This document shows positions 1 to 10,699 of a DNA stretch of 64,000 nucleotides, one piece after another. The notes under the pieces were generated by a model, which was not told the origin of the DNA, did not search any database, and saw only the letters and a list, made by a program, of their open reading frames with translations. Source of the stretch: Holophaga sp. GTDB taxonomy: Bacteria > Acidobacteriota > Holophagae > Holophagales > Holophagaceae. The DNA lies in contig DAOPZL010000009.1 in NCBI GenBank assembly GCA_035353395.1, positions 5,687 to 69,686 on the forward strand. Direction: 5' to 3'. The first letter of the stretch is position 1. Every line of letters begins with the position of its first letter. The position numbers and the translations under genes are program-made.

Positions 1-1212
<1,212 letters not shown>

Positions 1213-1387
1213 GGGGTTCCTCGTGTGAACCTTCAGAATAACGAGGTCCCACAAAAGGAAAGAGACTTGATTATCAAAACCAATTCCCCGCCATTCTAAG
1301 CCTCGCTCATTTCCTGGCCTGTGGGCAATGAGCAAACGATCACATTTATTTAAGATCATGCCTGTGAGAGAATAGCCAATTCGCGTC

Positions 1388-2227
1388 GTGAAGACGCCAA
1401 GGAGCGATTCAATGATCCAGACGAAGCGCAGGGGAGAACAACCCGCGGGAAGACCGTCCAGGAATGATCATAAGCCCACGGAGCGGAAACCCGCTCGGTC
1501 CGTTTCGAGAATCGCGTCGGGCGGCGAGCGCCTGCAGAAGATCCTGGCCGCGGCGGGGATCGCGAGCCGCCGGGCCTGCGAGCAGGTCATCCTGGACGGG
1601 CGGGTGCAGGTGAACGGCAGGACCGTGACGGAGCTGGGCACCCGAGCGGATCCAGGCAGGGACGAGATCACCGTGGATCTCGTGCCGATCCGCAGGGAGC
1701 CGCACGTCTACATCCTGATGAACAAGCCCAAGGGCTACGTGACGACGGTCAAGGACGAGGATGGCCGGCCGACGGTCATGGCGCTGCTCCACGGGGTGGA
1801 GGCCAGGGTCTATCCCGTGGGTCGCCTGGACTTCAATTCGGAAGGGCTGCTGCTCATGACCAACGACGGGGACCTGGCCCAGCGCCTCACGGACCCCGAC
1901 AACCACGTCCCCAAGATCTACCTCGTGAAGGTCTACCGGATGCCGAAGCCGGAAACCCTGGACGAGCTGCGGGGCGGGTTCCGCCTGGACGGCCGCCGGC
2001 TGAAGCCCTGCGGCATCGAGGTCTTCGAGAAGGCCGACAATCCGTGGCTGAAGGTCACCCTGACGGAAGGGAAGAACCAGCAGATCCGCCGGATGTTCGG
2101 CGCCGTCGGACACCCCGTCTCCAAGCTGAAGCGCGTCCAGTTCGGTCCCCTCGACGACCCCTCCCTGAAGCCCGGAGCCTGGCGCTTCCTGTCCGCGAAC
2201 GAGCTGGCGCTGCTGAAAAACCTCTGA
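1388..2227 (+). CDS. rluB: RluB/RsuA-family 23S/16S rRNA pseudouridine synthase
   Basis: Track ORF of 279 aa. An S4-like RNA-binding segment (LQKILAAAGIASRRACEQVILDGRVQVNG) is followed by the catalytic motif YPVGRLDFNSEGLLLMTNDG. The N-terminal tail is basic. ATG 1412 is an alternative start. Confidence 0.85.
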   Translation: MKTPRSDSMIQTKRRGEQPAGRPSRNDHKPTERKPARSVSRIASGGERLQKILAAAGIASRRACEQVILDGRVQVNGRTVTELGTRADPGRDEITVDLVPIRREPHVYILMNKPKGYVTTVKDEDGRPTVMALLHGVEARVYPVGRLDFNSEGLLLMTNDGDLAQRLTDPDNHVPKIYLVKVYRMPKPETLDELRGGFRLDGRRLKPCGIEVFEKADNPWLKVTLTEGKNQQIRRMFGAVGHPVSKLKRVQFGPLDDPSLKPGAWRFLSANELALLKNL

Positions 2228-2231
2228 ACCG

Positions 2232-2861
2232 TCAGCGCTGCATGAACATCATCACGCCGTCGGCGACGAACTGGACGGCGATGGCCGCCAGCAGGAGGCC
2301 CATGATGCGCTCGAGCACGGCGAGCCCGGTGGTGCCGAGCAGGCGGGTCAGGCGCGCGGCCGCCCGCAGGAGCAGGTAGGCCACCAGGCAGGTGACGGCG
2401 ATGGAGGCCACCACGGGGATGGCGTAGCTCCAGTGCGGGCCGCGGGCCGCGAGGACCATGGCGGTGGCGATGGAGCCCGGCCCGGCCAGGAGGGGCATGG
2501 CCAGGGGCACCACGGCCACGTCCTCCTTGGCCTCGCTCTCGTGGGTCTCCTCGGGCGAGGAACGCGTGCGCGAGGGCTGGGCGCGCAGCATGTCCGTGGA
2601 GGTCATGAGCAGCAGGATCCCCCCGGCGACCTTCAGGGCGCTCATGGAGATCCCGAAGAGCTTGAAGACGAAGCTGCCGAAGAGCGTGAAGAAGGTCATC
2701 AGGCCGAAGGCGAGGAGGGTGGCGCGCCGCGCCGTGTCCCGGCGCTTCTCGGGCGTGTCGCTGGCCGTGATGGCCATGAAGATCGGAAGCAGCCCCAGGG
2801 GATCCATGATGAAGAACACGGCGGGGAACGTGACCAGGGCGAAACGCAGGTATTCGTTCAC
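2232..2861 (-). CDS. MarC-family (UPF0056) integral membrane protein
   Basis: Track ORF of 209 aa with about 6 hydrophobic helices. The N-terminal FPAVFFIMDPLGLLPIF resembles the MarC-family signature as I recall it. Confidence 0.75.
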   Translation of the reverse strand: MNEYLRFALVTFPAVFFIMDPLGLLPIFMAITASDTPEKRRDTARRATLLAFGLMTFFTLFGSFVFKLFGISMSALKVAGGILLLMTSTDMLRAQPSRTRSSPEETHESEAKEDVAVVPLAMPLLAGPGSIATAMVLAARGPHWSYAIPVVASIAVTCLVAYLLLRAAARLTRLLGTTGLAVLERIMGLLLAAIAVQFVADGVMMFMQR

Positions 2862-2948
2862 GAGGCGGCTCCATCATGTCGGTGCAGATGGAAACGGTAG
2901 CAGAATAGTGGATCCCCCGACCCTGCGGGGAGCGCCCTGGAGACCATC

Positions 2949-3572
2949 ATGCTCAGATTCGAGACCTTCCCGGTGGGGCCGATTTCCGCGAACTGCGTCC
3001 TGGTGTGGGATCCCGAGCTGGGCACCGGGGTGGTGGTCGATCCGGGGGAGGAGGCCGGACGGATCCGGGGGCGCGTGGCGGACCTGGGCTTCAGGGTGAC
3101 CGCCATCCTCCAGACCCATGCCCACTTCGACCACCTGGGGGCCGCGAAGGAACTCCAGGATGCCTGGCGGTGCCCCGTCCTCCTCCACCCCCTGGACACC
3201 TACCTGGTCGAGACCCTGGACATGCAGACCGGACTCTTCGGCATGGCGCCGGTGCCCGCTCCCGTGACGACGGAACTCGGCCCCGGCGAGGTTCACCACG
3301 GCCTGAGGACGCTGCACACGCCGGGACACACGCCGGGGTCCTGCTGTTTCCTGGGGGAGTTCGACCAGGGGCCCGTCCTCATCTCCGGCGACACCCTCTT
3401 CCAGGGAGGGGTCGGCCGCACGGACCTCTGGGGAGGACGCTGGGACCAGCTGGAAGCCAGCATCCGGCGGGAACTCTATACCCTCGAGGACAGGACCCTG
3501 GTCCTGCCCGGACACGGACCCTTCACCACCATCGGGGAAGAGGCGGAGGCGAACCCCTTCGTGACGCGCTGA
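2949..3572 (+). CDS. MBL-fold metallo-hydrolase (glyoxalase-II-like)
   Basis: Track ORF of 207 aa. It has the HxHxDH motif (QTHAHFDHLG) and downstream HTPGHTPGS and SGDTLF motifs. Confidence 0.85.
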   Translation: MLRFETFPVGPISANCVLVWDPELGTGVVVDPGEEAGRIRGRVADLGFRVTAILQTHAHFDHLGAAKELQDAWRCPVLLHPLDTYLVETLDMQTGLFGMAPVPAPVTTELGPGEVHHGLRTLHTPGHTPGSCCFLGEFDQGPVLISGDTLFQGGVGRTDLWGGRWDQLEASIRRELYTLEDRTLVLPGHGPFTTIGEEAEANPFVTR

Positions 3573-3584
3573 TCCGCGGGGCGT

Positions 3585-4319
3585 TCACAGCCATCTCCTC
3601 CCGCCGTCGAGGGTGAGGATCTCGCCGGTGAGGTAGGGGCTCCCGGCGGCGTAGCGGAGGGCCCGGACCAGGTCCCCCGGGCTGCCCAGCCGCTTCAGGA
3701 GGCTGCGCTCCACAAGGAAGGACGGATCGCGCCCCTCCTCGGGGAGCATGGTCCCGATGGCGTGGCCGACCACGCGCACCCTGGGCGCCAGCAGGCCCGC
3801 GAGGGCGGGGACGAGGGAGGCGAGGCCGGCCTTGGCGGCCGAGTAGGGCAGGTGCTTCCTGAAGGGCCGGTGGATGGCCGTGTCCAGGATGAGCTGCAGG
3901 GAACCGCCTTCCGCGATCCGGGGCCCGACGGCCTGGGAGACCAGCAGGGGGAAGCTGAGATTGACGCGCCAAGTGTCGGCCAGGCCGGCGGGATCCCAAG
4001 CCCCGAACGGGCTTTCGGGGAAGGTCCCCGCCACGAGCACTGCCGCGTCCAGGGTTATGCCCATGTCCCCCAAGCATTTCAAATCTGCCATCATCTTTGG
4101 AACAAGCTCGGGATCGTCGGCATTCCATTCGAATGTTCTCACTCGGGTTCGCCTTGATAGTGATTCAAGCCAGTCGGACGCTCCGTCCCAGGGCCTCGAG
4201 CTTGTCAGTATCAGTCGATGGTCCTCTGCGAGGGCTTCGGCGATGGCACGCCCCAGCCGGTTCCGGCCTCCGACCAGGAGCCACCAGGCATTCTGTCTTT
4301 CCACAATCCCTCCACGCAT
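3585..4319 (-). CDS. short-chain dehydrogenase/reductase (SDR) family oxidoreductase
   Basis: Track ORF 3585..4436 trimmed to its 40th codon (ATG at 4319). This places the Rossmann motif WWLLVGGRNRLGRAIAEAL about 10 aa from the N-terminus. The catalytic YxxxK is present (PYSAAKAGL). The start is uncertain. Confidence 0.75.
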   Translation of the reverse strand: MRGGIVERQNAWWLLVGGRNRLGRAIAEALAEDHRLILTSSRPWDGASDWLESLSRRTRVRTFEWNADDPELVPKMMADLKCLGDMGITLDAAVLVAGTFPESPFGAWDPAGLADTWRVNLSFPLLVSQAVGPRIAEGGSLQLILDTAIHRPFRKHLPYSAAKAGLASLVPALAGLLAPRVRVVGHAIGTMLPEEGRDPSFLVERSLLKRLGSPGDLVRALRYAAGSPYLTGEILTLDGGRRWL

Positions 4320-4365
4320 TCTCCAGGCTACCTTGTCTCCTTCCCTCAGACGCATCCGTTGGCGG

Positions 4366-6888
4366 TTGATCTGGTCCAGCATCCTGGCCGTGTCGCTGGC
4401 GCTGGCCTCCTTCGCGATGACCCAGTGGGTGTACACCTACTCGGACGACCAGTGCTTCTGGAAGGCGGAGGGTTCCAGGGTGCGGATCCAGGAGATCCTC
4501 CCCGAGGGCGTCGCCGAGGTCGCGGGCATGCTGGAAGGCGACCAACTGCTGGCCATCCAGGGCCGCCCGGTCACGGTCCGGACCATGGAGGAGGCCCGGC
4601 GGTTCATCAACGACCAGCCCAAGGGGACGGAGGTCCTCTACCTCGTCCGGCGCGACGGCCGGCAGCTCTCGCTGCTGGTGCGGCTGGTGAAGCCGTTCAA
4701 CTACGTGGGGCTGAGCGTGCTCCTCTCGGGGCTGGTCGCCTGGGCCATCGGACTGCTGGTCGTGGTGTCCTCCCCCCAGCGCAAGGTGGCCCGGCACTTC
4801 TTCTACATGGGGGCTGTCTCCCTCCTCCTGCCGATCTACTCCCCCGAGGCTTCCGGGAACATCCCGGTCCAGATCCAGATCCCGGCCCTGGTCTTCTCGG
4901 GCCTGGTGATGAGCCTCGCGGCCCCCTTGTGGTTCCACTTCTTCCTGAGGTTCCCCCATCCCTTCCCCCTCCGGAGGCAGCGGAGGTTCCTGGCCTGGCT
5001 CTACGGGGGGTTCCTGGCGGTCGGCCTCACGAACATCCTGGTGGATGTCGTGCGGACCGCGGCCAGGTCGGGGATCTTCGGCGACCTGTCCTGGATGACC
5101 ACCGGCCTCTTCCCGGTCAGCCTCGCGTTCCGAGGGCTGATGGGGCTGGCGGTGATCGCGGGGGTGTTCGTGTTCTGGCTCGGCGCGCTGAAGCTGCCGC
5201 GCCGCCGGAGGCTGGCGCTCATGCCGGCGCTCTTCTTCACGACCGCGGTCTGCGTGGACCTGGCCGCCTTCTCCTACCTGAGCGCCCTGGCCCAGGGGAA
5301 GAGCATCCTGTTCCAGCGGGAGGCATGGATCTTCTTCGCGCCCCTGCCGCTCCTGCCCCTCTCCTTCGCCTACGCCATCCTGCGGCACGGGTTCTTCGAC
5401 GTCCGCCGGGCCCTCGTGCGGTGGTTGACGTATTTCGCGGTCATCGGCGCCACCCTGACGATCTATTTCATCGCCCTCACCTGGGCCTTCGAGAAGGGCA
5501 TCAACGCCCTGGAGGCGCGATGGGTCGGTGTCCTGGCCGGCCTGTCCGCCTGGCCCATCGGCTGGGCGCTGCGGTGGCTGCTGCTGACGCTCCGGCGGAA
5601 GTTCCGCCGGGACACCAGCACCACGAGGGACCTCATCCTGGGGATCCTCCAGGAATCCAGGCGGCGGCTCTCCGTGGAGGCCCTGCTCTCGGGCTTGTCC
5701 GAGGCCCTGGGCGAAGCCTTCCACCCTCATGTCCTGCTGCTGCTGCCCGTGGCGGACCGGAGCGTGGAACTCCCGGGCCTGGAGTCCCTGGACGGGGACG
5801 ATCTCCGGATCGTCTCCATGGCCAGGCCCCTGCATCTCCGCCTGCCCCTCGCGCTCATCCGGAATGCCCGGGACTACGGGGAACTGGCCGTCGGTCTCGC
5901 CGGGGACGAGGCGGACTGGATCCGCGAGCAGGGCTGGGAGCTGCGGGCGCGGGTGGACGCCATGGAGGCCCAGGTGATGGTGCTGCTCCTGGCCGGGGGC
6001 GAACCCCACACGGTCGTCCTGCTGGGGGGGAAATACGCCGAATTGAACTACGGCCGGGAGGATCGCGAGCTGCTCCGGGAGGTGGCGGTCTCGGCGGGAA
6101 TCCTCCTGGAGACCGCCATGCTGCACCAGAGGCTGCTGGACCAGGGCCGCATCGAGCAGGAGCTCCAGACGGCCCGCCGCATCCAGGAAGGCCTGATCAC
6201 GTCCAGCGCTCCCGTGCTCGATGGGTTCGACCTGGCCCTGCGGCTGGAGCCGGCCCTGGAGACCGGCGGGGATCTCCTCTGGATGAAGAGGCGGCCGAAC
6301 GGCAGGTGGGTCGCGGCGGTGGGGGACGTGAGCGGGAAGGGGCTGGCCGCGGCCCTCTACATGAGCCAGGCCACGGCCCTGCTGGAATTCGCGGCCCGGC
6401 AGGAGGGGATGGACTTCTCGCACCTGCTGCAGGCCCTGGACCAGACCATGCGCAATCTCATGAGGAGCCGTGACTTCCTCACGCTGTGCCTCCTGGAGTG
6501 GGATTCGGCGGGCCGCTACCGGATCGCCAGGGCGGGACACCCCGCGCCCCTGCTGATCTGGGGCTCGGCGCCCGAGGACGCCATCGAGGTCGCCTGCCAG
6601 GGCCGGGGCCTTGGGATGCGGCCGGGGGGCCGGGGAGCCTGGCAGATCCGGGACGGCAAGCTCCGTCCGGGAGACTGGCTGGTGATGTACAGCGACGGAT
6701 TGACCGAGGCCGTCGACCAGGCGGGCGACATGCTCGGGCTGGAGCGGTTCAAGGGGCTGCTCCAGGCGCACTGGTCCGCGGGCTCCGTGCATTCGGCCTG
6801 CGAGGCGGTCTTCCAGGAGGTCGCCGCCTGCGAGGCCCAGGACCGGGACGACCGGACCCTGTTCATCCTGGGGCGGCGGAAGGTATAG
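4366..6888 (+). CDS. membrane-bound PPM/SpoIIE-type (PP2C) serine phosphatase with PDZ domain and polytopic membrane region
   Basis: Track ORF 3874..6888 trimmed, because its 5' part is antisense to the SDR gene. Order of elements: a hydrophobic N-terminal helix (LIWSSILAVSLALASF), a PDZ-like segment (ILPEGVAEVAGMLEGDQLLAIQGRPV), about 8 TM helices, a GAF-like linker, and C-terminal PP2C motifs (GGDLLW..VGDVSGKGLAAALYMS..MYSDGLTEA..DDRTLFIL). The start is uncertain: TTG 4366 is used here, with ATG 4417 and ATG 4243 as alternatives. Confidence 0.8.
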   Translation: MIWSSILAVSLALASFAMTQWVYTYSDDQCFWKAEGSRVRIQEILPEGVAEVAGMLEGDQLLAIQGRPVTVRTMEEARRFINDQPKGTEVLYLVRRDGRQLSLLVRLVKPFNYVGLSVLLSGLVAWAIGLLVVVSSPQRKVARHFFYMGAVSLLLPIYSPEASGNIPVQIQIPALVFSGLVMSLAAPLWFHFFLRFPHPFPLRRQRRFLAWLYGGFLAVGLTNILVDVVRTAARSGIFGDLSWMTTGLFPVSLAFRGLMGLAVIAGVFVFWLGALKLPRRRRLALMPALFFTTAVCVDLAAFSYLSALAQGKSILFQREAWIFFAPLPLLPLSFAYAILRHGFFDVRRALVRWLTYFAVIGATLTIYFIALTWAFEKGINALEARWVGVLAGLSAWPIGWALRWLLLTLRRKFRRDTSTTRDLILGILQESRRRLSVEALLSGLSEALGEAFHPHVLLLLPVADRSVELPGLESLDGDDLRIVSMARPLHLRLPLALIRNARDYGELAVGLAGDEADWIREQGWELRARVDAMEAQVMVLLLAGGEPHTVVLLGGKYAELNYGREDRELLREVAVSAGILLETAMLHQRLLDQGRIEQELQTARRIQEGLITSSAPVLDGFDLALRLEPALETGGDLLWMKRRPNGRWVAAVGDVSGKGLAAALYMSQATALLEFAARQEGMDFSHLLQALDQTMRNLMRSRDFLTLCLLEWDSAGRYRIARAGHPAPLLIWGSAPEDAIEVACQGRGLGMRPGGRGAWQIRDGKLRPGDWLVMYSDGLTEAVDQAGDMLGLERFKGLLQAHWSAGSVHSACEAVFQEVAACEAQDRDDRTLFILGRRKV

Positions 6889-6958
6889 GAATCCCCTTTC
6901 CGGCCCGATCGCGGGACAATGGAAGGACGCACAGGGCACCTGTGCCCCGAGGACCTGC

Positions 6959-7477
6959 ATGACAGACCCCTCCCAGCCTCCCCGCACCCCCTCCTGGGTG
7001 GCCCCCGCGATCGTCGTGATGCTGGGGCTGCAGCTGGTCCTGGCCTGGGTCCAGGGCGGCCTGCTCCAGCGGCAGCACCAGGATCTGCTGGCCCTGAGGG
7101 AAGACGTCCAGATGCTCGCCGACAGCCTGGATCAGGAGGAGCCCCAGGACGACTACGAGGCGGAGGGATGGATCCCCGCCCGCCACGGACGGACCCGGCG
7201 GCCGGGGATCCGGCGCGTGGCCCTGCTCCAGGAGGAGACCCCCGAGGAGGCCCAGGCCAGGAAGGACCTCGACGCCACGAAGGCTTCCGCGAAGAAGGCG
7301 GTCACCGAGGCCCGGGAGGTCCAGTCCAAGCTCTCGATCGAGGAGAACATCCGCAAGGCCGAGGAGAAGGCGCGGGAGAACGAAGCGGAGAGCGCCTGGC
7401 GGAAGTGGCTCTGGGTCGCCCTGGGGGCCGGCCTCGCGGCCGTGGGCGTGCGCGCCTGGCTGCGGCGCCGGGGCTGA
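6959..7477 (+). CDS. hypothetical membrane protein with two terminal TM helices and a charged coiled-coil-like centre
   Basis: Track ORF of 172 aa. It has an N-terminal TM helix (WVAPAIVVMLGLQLVLAWV), a Glu/Lys/Ala-rich centre and a C-terminal TM helix (WLWVALGAGLAAVGV). No family was recognised. The next gene starts after a 1-nt gap. Confidence 0.55.
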   Translation: MTDPSQPPRTPSWVAPAIVVMLGLQLVLAWVQGGLLQRQHQDLLALREDVQMLADSLDQEEPQDDYEAEGWIPARHGRTRRPGIRRVALLQEETPEEAQARKDLDATKASAKKAVTEAREVQSKLSIEENIRKAEEKARENEAESAWRKWLWVALGAGLAAVGVRAWLRRRG

Positions 7478-7478
7478 C

Positions 7479-8276
7479 GTGACGTCCCTCCACGAGTATC
7501 TCCAGTCGGATCCGGAATGCGGGCAGCTGGCCGAGGGAGCCGTCCTGGCCGTCGCGCCGATGCTGGAGGACCCGGATCCGGCCTCTTTCCTGGAGATCCT
7601 GGACCATTGGGCCTTCGAACTGGCCGGCCGCATGCCTCTGCCCTGGAGCATCCACGGCGCCGTCGACACCCTGAACCACTATCTCTTCAACGAAGTCGGG
7701 CTCCGGGGGGATCACTCGGTCTACGAGGACCCCGCGTACGCCGTCCTCCCCGAAGTGGTCGTCCGGAAGAAGGGGCTGCCCATCGCCCTCTCGATCCTGT
7801 GGATCGACGTGGCGAGGAGGCTGGGGTTCGACGCCGTCGGCGTGGCCCTGCCGGGGCGCTTCATGACCGCGCTCCGCCTGGACGTGGGCCTGCTCTACTT
7901 CGATCCCTTCAACCAGGGGCGGGCCCTGGGGGAGGAGGAGGCGGCCCGCATCGTGCGGAAGGCTTCCGGGGGCCGGGTCGCCTTCGATCCCGACATGCTC
8001 GCGCCCGTGTCCCACCGGGCGATCCTGCTGCGGCTGGTGCGCAACCTCCATCTGCGTTTCGTGAAGGCCGAGGCCTGGGACGAGGCCCTCTGGTCGGCCA
8101 CGCACCTGGTCCTCCTCGCGCCCGAGGATTCCGGCTCCTACCGGGACAGGGCCTTCGTTCACCTGAAGCGCGGCGAGATCATGTCCGCGGTGAAGGACCT
8201 CCAGGAAGCCGTCCACCTCGGCCGGGAGGACGATCCTCAGCTCCAGGACTGGATCGAGAAACTGAAGAAAGGGTGA
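7479..8276 (+). CDS. SirB1/YchA-like protein (transglutaminase-like N-domain plus TPR-like C-domain)
   Basis: Track ORF of 265 aa with a GTG start. The pattern GLRGD..YEDP..VVVRKKGLPIALSILWIDVARRLG..DPFNQG and the helical C-terminus resemble E. coli SirB1 as I remember it. Not searched. Confidence 0.7.
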   Translation: MTSLHEYLQSDPECGQLAEGAVLAVAPMLEDPDPASFLEILDHWAFELAGRMPLPWSIHGAVDTLNHYLFNEVGLRGDHSVYEDPAYAVLPEVVVRKKGLPIALSILWIDVARRLGFDAVGVALPGRFMTALRLDVGLLYFDPFNQGRALGEEEAARIVRKASGGRVAFDPDMLAPVSHRAILLRLVRNLHLRFVKAEAWDEALWSATHLVLLAPEDSGSYRDRAFVHLKRGEIMSAVKDLQEAVHLGREDDPQLQDWIEKLKKG

Positions 8277-8279
8277 ACC

Positions 8280-8849
8280 ATGGATCTTCCGCGCTTCCTG
8301 GAACTGGCGAGCACCCACGGTTGGCGAGGCATGGCCCTCTGGGGCGTGCTCCTGGGCCAGGCCCTGCTGTGGATCGGGCTGGTGCGGCTCTACCTGGCGA
8401 TCCGCCGGGAACAGGCCCCCTGGGAGGAGTGCGTGGGCAAGATCCGTTCGGCCCTCCTGCGCAGGGTGAACGGGCCGGAGGAGCTGGAGGAGCTGAAGCT
8501 CCACCGCTACGCGCCGCTCGTGGACGCCCTCATCGCCCTCCACTTCGCGGAGGCGGGGAGCGAGGTCTTCATCCGCTGGATCCTGATGCGCTGGAAGATG
8601 AAGGAGGGCCTGCGCCCCTACTGGGTCCACTGGGGGCACCTGCTCATCGGCTTCGGCGTGGTCGTCTGGTGCCTCCAGGGGCTGCGCCTGGACCTGGGCC
8701 TGGAGCTCCTCATGCGCACCCCGTGCGATCCTCGCCTGCTGTGGGTCTGGTTGGGCTGCGCCATGGCGCTCGCCTGGAGGCTGGAGCAGCTCCGCGGCAA
8801 CCTCGAACGGGTCCAGCGCGCACTCCTGGTCCCTCGGCGGGACGAATAG
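8280..8849 (+). CDS. hypothetical integral membrane protein
   Basis: Track ORF of 189 aa with 3-4 hydrophobic helices and a 3-nt gap to the previous gene. No family was recognised. Confidence 0.5.
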   Translation: MDLPRFLELASTHGWRGMALWGVLLGQALLWIGLVRLYLAIRREQAPWEECVGKIRSALLRRVNGPEELEELKLHRYAPLVDALIALHFAEAGSEVFIRWILMRWKMKEGLRPYWVHWGHLLIGFGVVVWCLQGLRLDLGLELLMRTPCDPRLLWVWLGCAMALAWRLEQLRGNLERVQRALLVPRRDE

Positions 8850-8868
8850 GGGCCGGCCGCGCGATCCG

Positions 8869-9552
8869 CTACAGCGGTTCCTCCTTGAACTCCAGGAGGT
8901 GCCCGGACTTCTTCGCCTTGGTCTTCAGGTAGCGGAGGTTGTAGGCGTTGGCGCCAAGCTGGTGCGATTCGCGCTGCACGTGGATGCCGGCCTCCTCCAG
9001 GGCGGTGATCTTCCGGGGGTTGTTCGTGAGGAGCTTCACCTTGCGGATGCCGAAGAAGCGCAGCATCTCCACCGCGGCCTCGTAGGTGCGCAGGTCGTCC
9101 ACGAACCCGAGGTGGTGGTTGGCTTCCACGGTGTCCAGTCCCTGTTCCTGGAGTGCGTAGGCCTTGAGCTTGTTCAGGAGGCCGATGCCGCGGCCCTCCT
9201 GGCGCAGGTAGAGCACGATGCCGCCATGCTCGCCGATGTAGCGGAGGGCGGCCTCCAGCTGCGCGCGGCAGTCGCACTTGAGGCTGCCCAGGACGTCGCC
9301 CGTCCAGCACTCGCTGTGGATCCTGACGGCGATGCGCTTGCGGGCGTCGATCTCGCCGGAGACGATGGCCAGGTGCTCCTTCCCCGCGAGCTTCTCCAGG
9401 AATCCGTAGACGGTGAACTTGCCGAAGATGGAGGGGACATGCGCTTTCGCGACGAAGGGCACCGCCTCGGTCTCGAATCGCGTGACCAGCTCCAGGGGCG
9501 AATCGGGGCCGAGCTGCAACTCGGGGGCGCTGCTGCTGTCTCGGGGCGACAT
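8869..9552 (-). CDS. ribA: GTP cyclohydrolase II
   Basis: Track ORF 8869..9753 trimmed to ATG 9552 (MSPRDSS...), because the longer form would overlap the upstream gene. Motifs: VRIHSECWTGDVLGSLKCDCRAQL, LYLRQEGRGIGLLNKLKAY, GFVDDLRTY. Confidence 0.9.
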   Translation of the reverse strand: MSPRDSSSAPELQLGPDSPLELVTRFETEAVPFVAKAHVPSIFGKFTVYGFLEKLAGKEHLAIVSGEIDARKRIAVRIHSECWTGDVLGSLKCDCRAQLEAALRYIGEHGGIVLYLRQEGRGIGLLNKLKAYALQEQGLDTVEANHHLGFVDDLRTYEAAVEMLRFFGIRKVKLLTNNPRKITALEEAGIHVQRESHQLGANAYNLRYLKTKAKKSGHLLEFKEEPL

Positions 9553-9622
9553 AGGGGCTTCCGGATGGAGGATGTTGGTTTCCTGGCTTGCAGTGGCTTC
9601 CCGCGACTCGAAGAGGTTGCCG

Positions 9623-10699
9623 TCAATTCTGGGCGGGGAGCTGGGCCAGAACCGCAGCGTCGACTCTAGTCTGAACCTGTTCAAGGGGCCCGTCCAGCTT
9701 CGCGCCGGAGGCGAGGCGGTGGCCGCCTCCGCCGAACTGCCGGCATATCGCATTCACGTCGATTTTTCCCCGGCTGCGCAGGCTCGCCTTGATGCGTCCG
9801 TCGTCCGTCTCGTAGAGGAGGGCGGCGACCTCCACGCCCCGGAGCCGCAGGGGTTCGTTCACCAGCCCGTCCATGTCCTCGTGGACGGCTCCGCAGGCCA
9901 GGAGGTCCTTCCGCCGGAGGCTCAGGCAGCCGTAGCGGCCGTCTCCCAGGATGCGCAGGCTCTCGTAGGCCTTTCCGTAGAGCTTGAGCTTCTCCATGCG
10001 GTCCTGGTGGTAGAGCTGCTGGTAGATCCCGGCCGGATCGGCGCCGTCCTCGATGAGGGCCGCCCCGATCCTGTGCACCCGGGGCGTGGCGTTGGAGAAC
10101 CGGAAATTCCCCGTGTCGTCGACGAGACCCGCATAGAGGGCGGTGACGATGGCCGCCGGCAGGGGCCGGGACATGCGCCCTTCCACGAGGTCGAAGACCA
10201 GTTCGGCGCTTGCGCTGGCGTCGGGATCCGTGAAGTCCATGTCGAAGCTCCGCGAATCTGCCTTGAGGTGGTGGTCCAGGCAGATCTTCACCGCCTTGGA
10301 TGCCGCGAAGGCCTCCCGCATCGCGCCCATGCGGCCGGGTTCAGAGGCGTCCACCAGGACCCAGGCATCGGGCCAGGCGCCCAGCTCCTCGTGATCCTGC
10401 CGCGTCCGGAAGGTCTCCACCCGCCCTTCCGGGTCGAGGAAGCCCAGGAAGGCCGGAAACACCGGCGTCACGACGACCCGGACCTCCTTCCCCAGGCCGC
10501 GCAGGTAGCAGGCCAGGGCCTGCACGGCCCCGATCCCGTCCACGTCGGGATTCTCGTGGGTGGCCAGGAGGATCCGCCGATGGGGACGGAGGCCGGCGCA
10601 GAACCGGGCCAGCATCGCGCGGCGCGCCTCCGTTGGGCGAGTGAACGATCGCGGCTTCCCGCAGGTCCGGAAGGGGGTTCCGATCCGGTGGAACCTCAA
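9623..10699 (-). CDS. nrnA: DHH-family phosphoesterase (NrnA-like oligoribonuclease / pAp phosphatase)
   Basis: Track ORF of 358 aa. DHH motifs (ILLATHENPDVDGIGA; CLDHH) and the DHHA1 motif FGGGGHRLASGA are present. The track start is TTG, forming a TTGA overlap with the add stop. ATG 10615 is an alternative start. Confidence 0.85.
   Translation of the reverse strand: MRFHRIGTPFRTCGKPRSFTRPTEARRAMLARFCAGLRPHRRILLATHENPDVDGIGAVQALACYLRGLGKEVRVVVTPVFPAFLGFLDPEGRVETFRTRQDHEELGAWPDAWVLVDASEPGRMGAMREAFAASKAVKICLDHHLKADSRSFDMDFTDPDASASAELVFDLVEGRMSRPLPAAIVTALYAGLVDDTGNFRFSNATPRVHRIGAALIEDGADPAGIYQQLYHQDRMEKLKLYGKAYESLRILGDGRYGCLSLRRKDLLACGAVHEDMDGLVNEPLRLRGVEVAALLYETDDGRIKASLRSRGKIDVNAICRQFGGGGHRLASGAKLDGPLEQVQTRVDAAVLAQLPAQN

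Noticed and set aside
4165-6987. 940-aa minus-strand ORF covering the whole phosphatase gene
   Set aside because: It is Arg/Pro/Gly/Glu-rich, low-complexity and has no motifs. This is the typical stop-free antisense frame of high-GC DNA. The plus-strand frame carries clear PDZ, TM and PP2C features.
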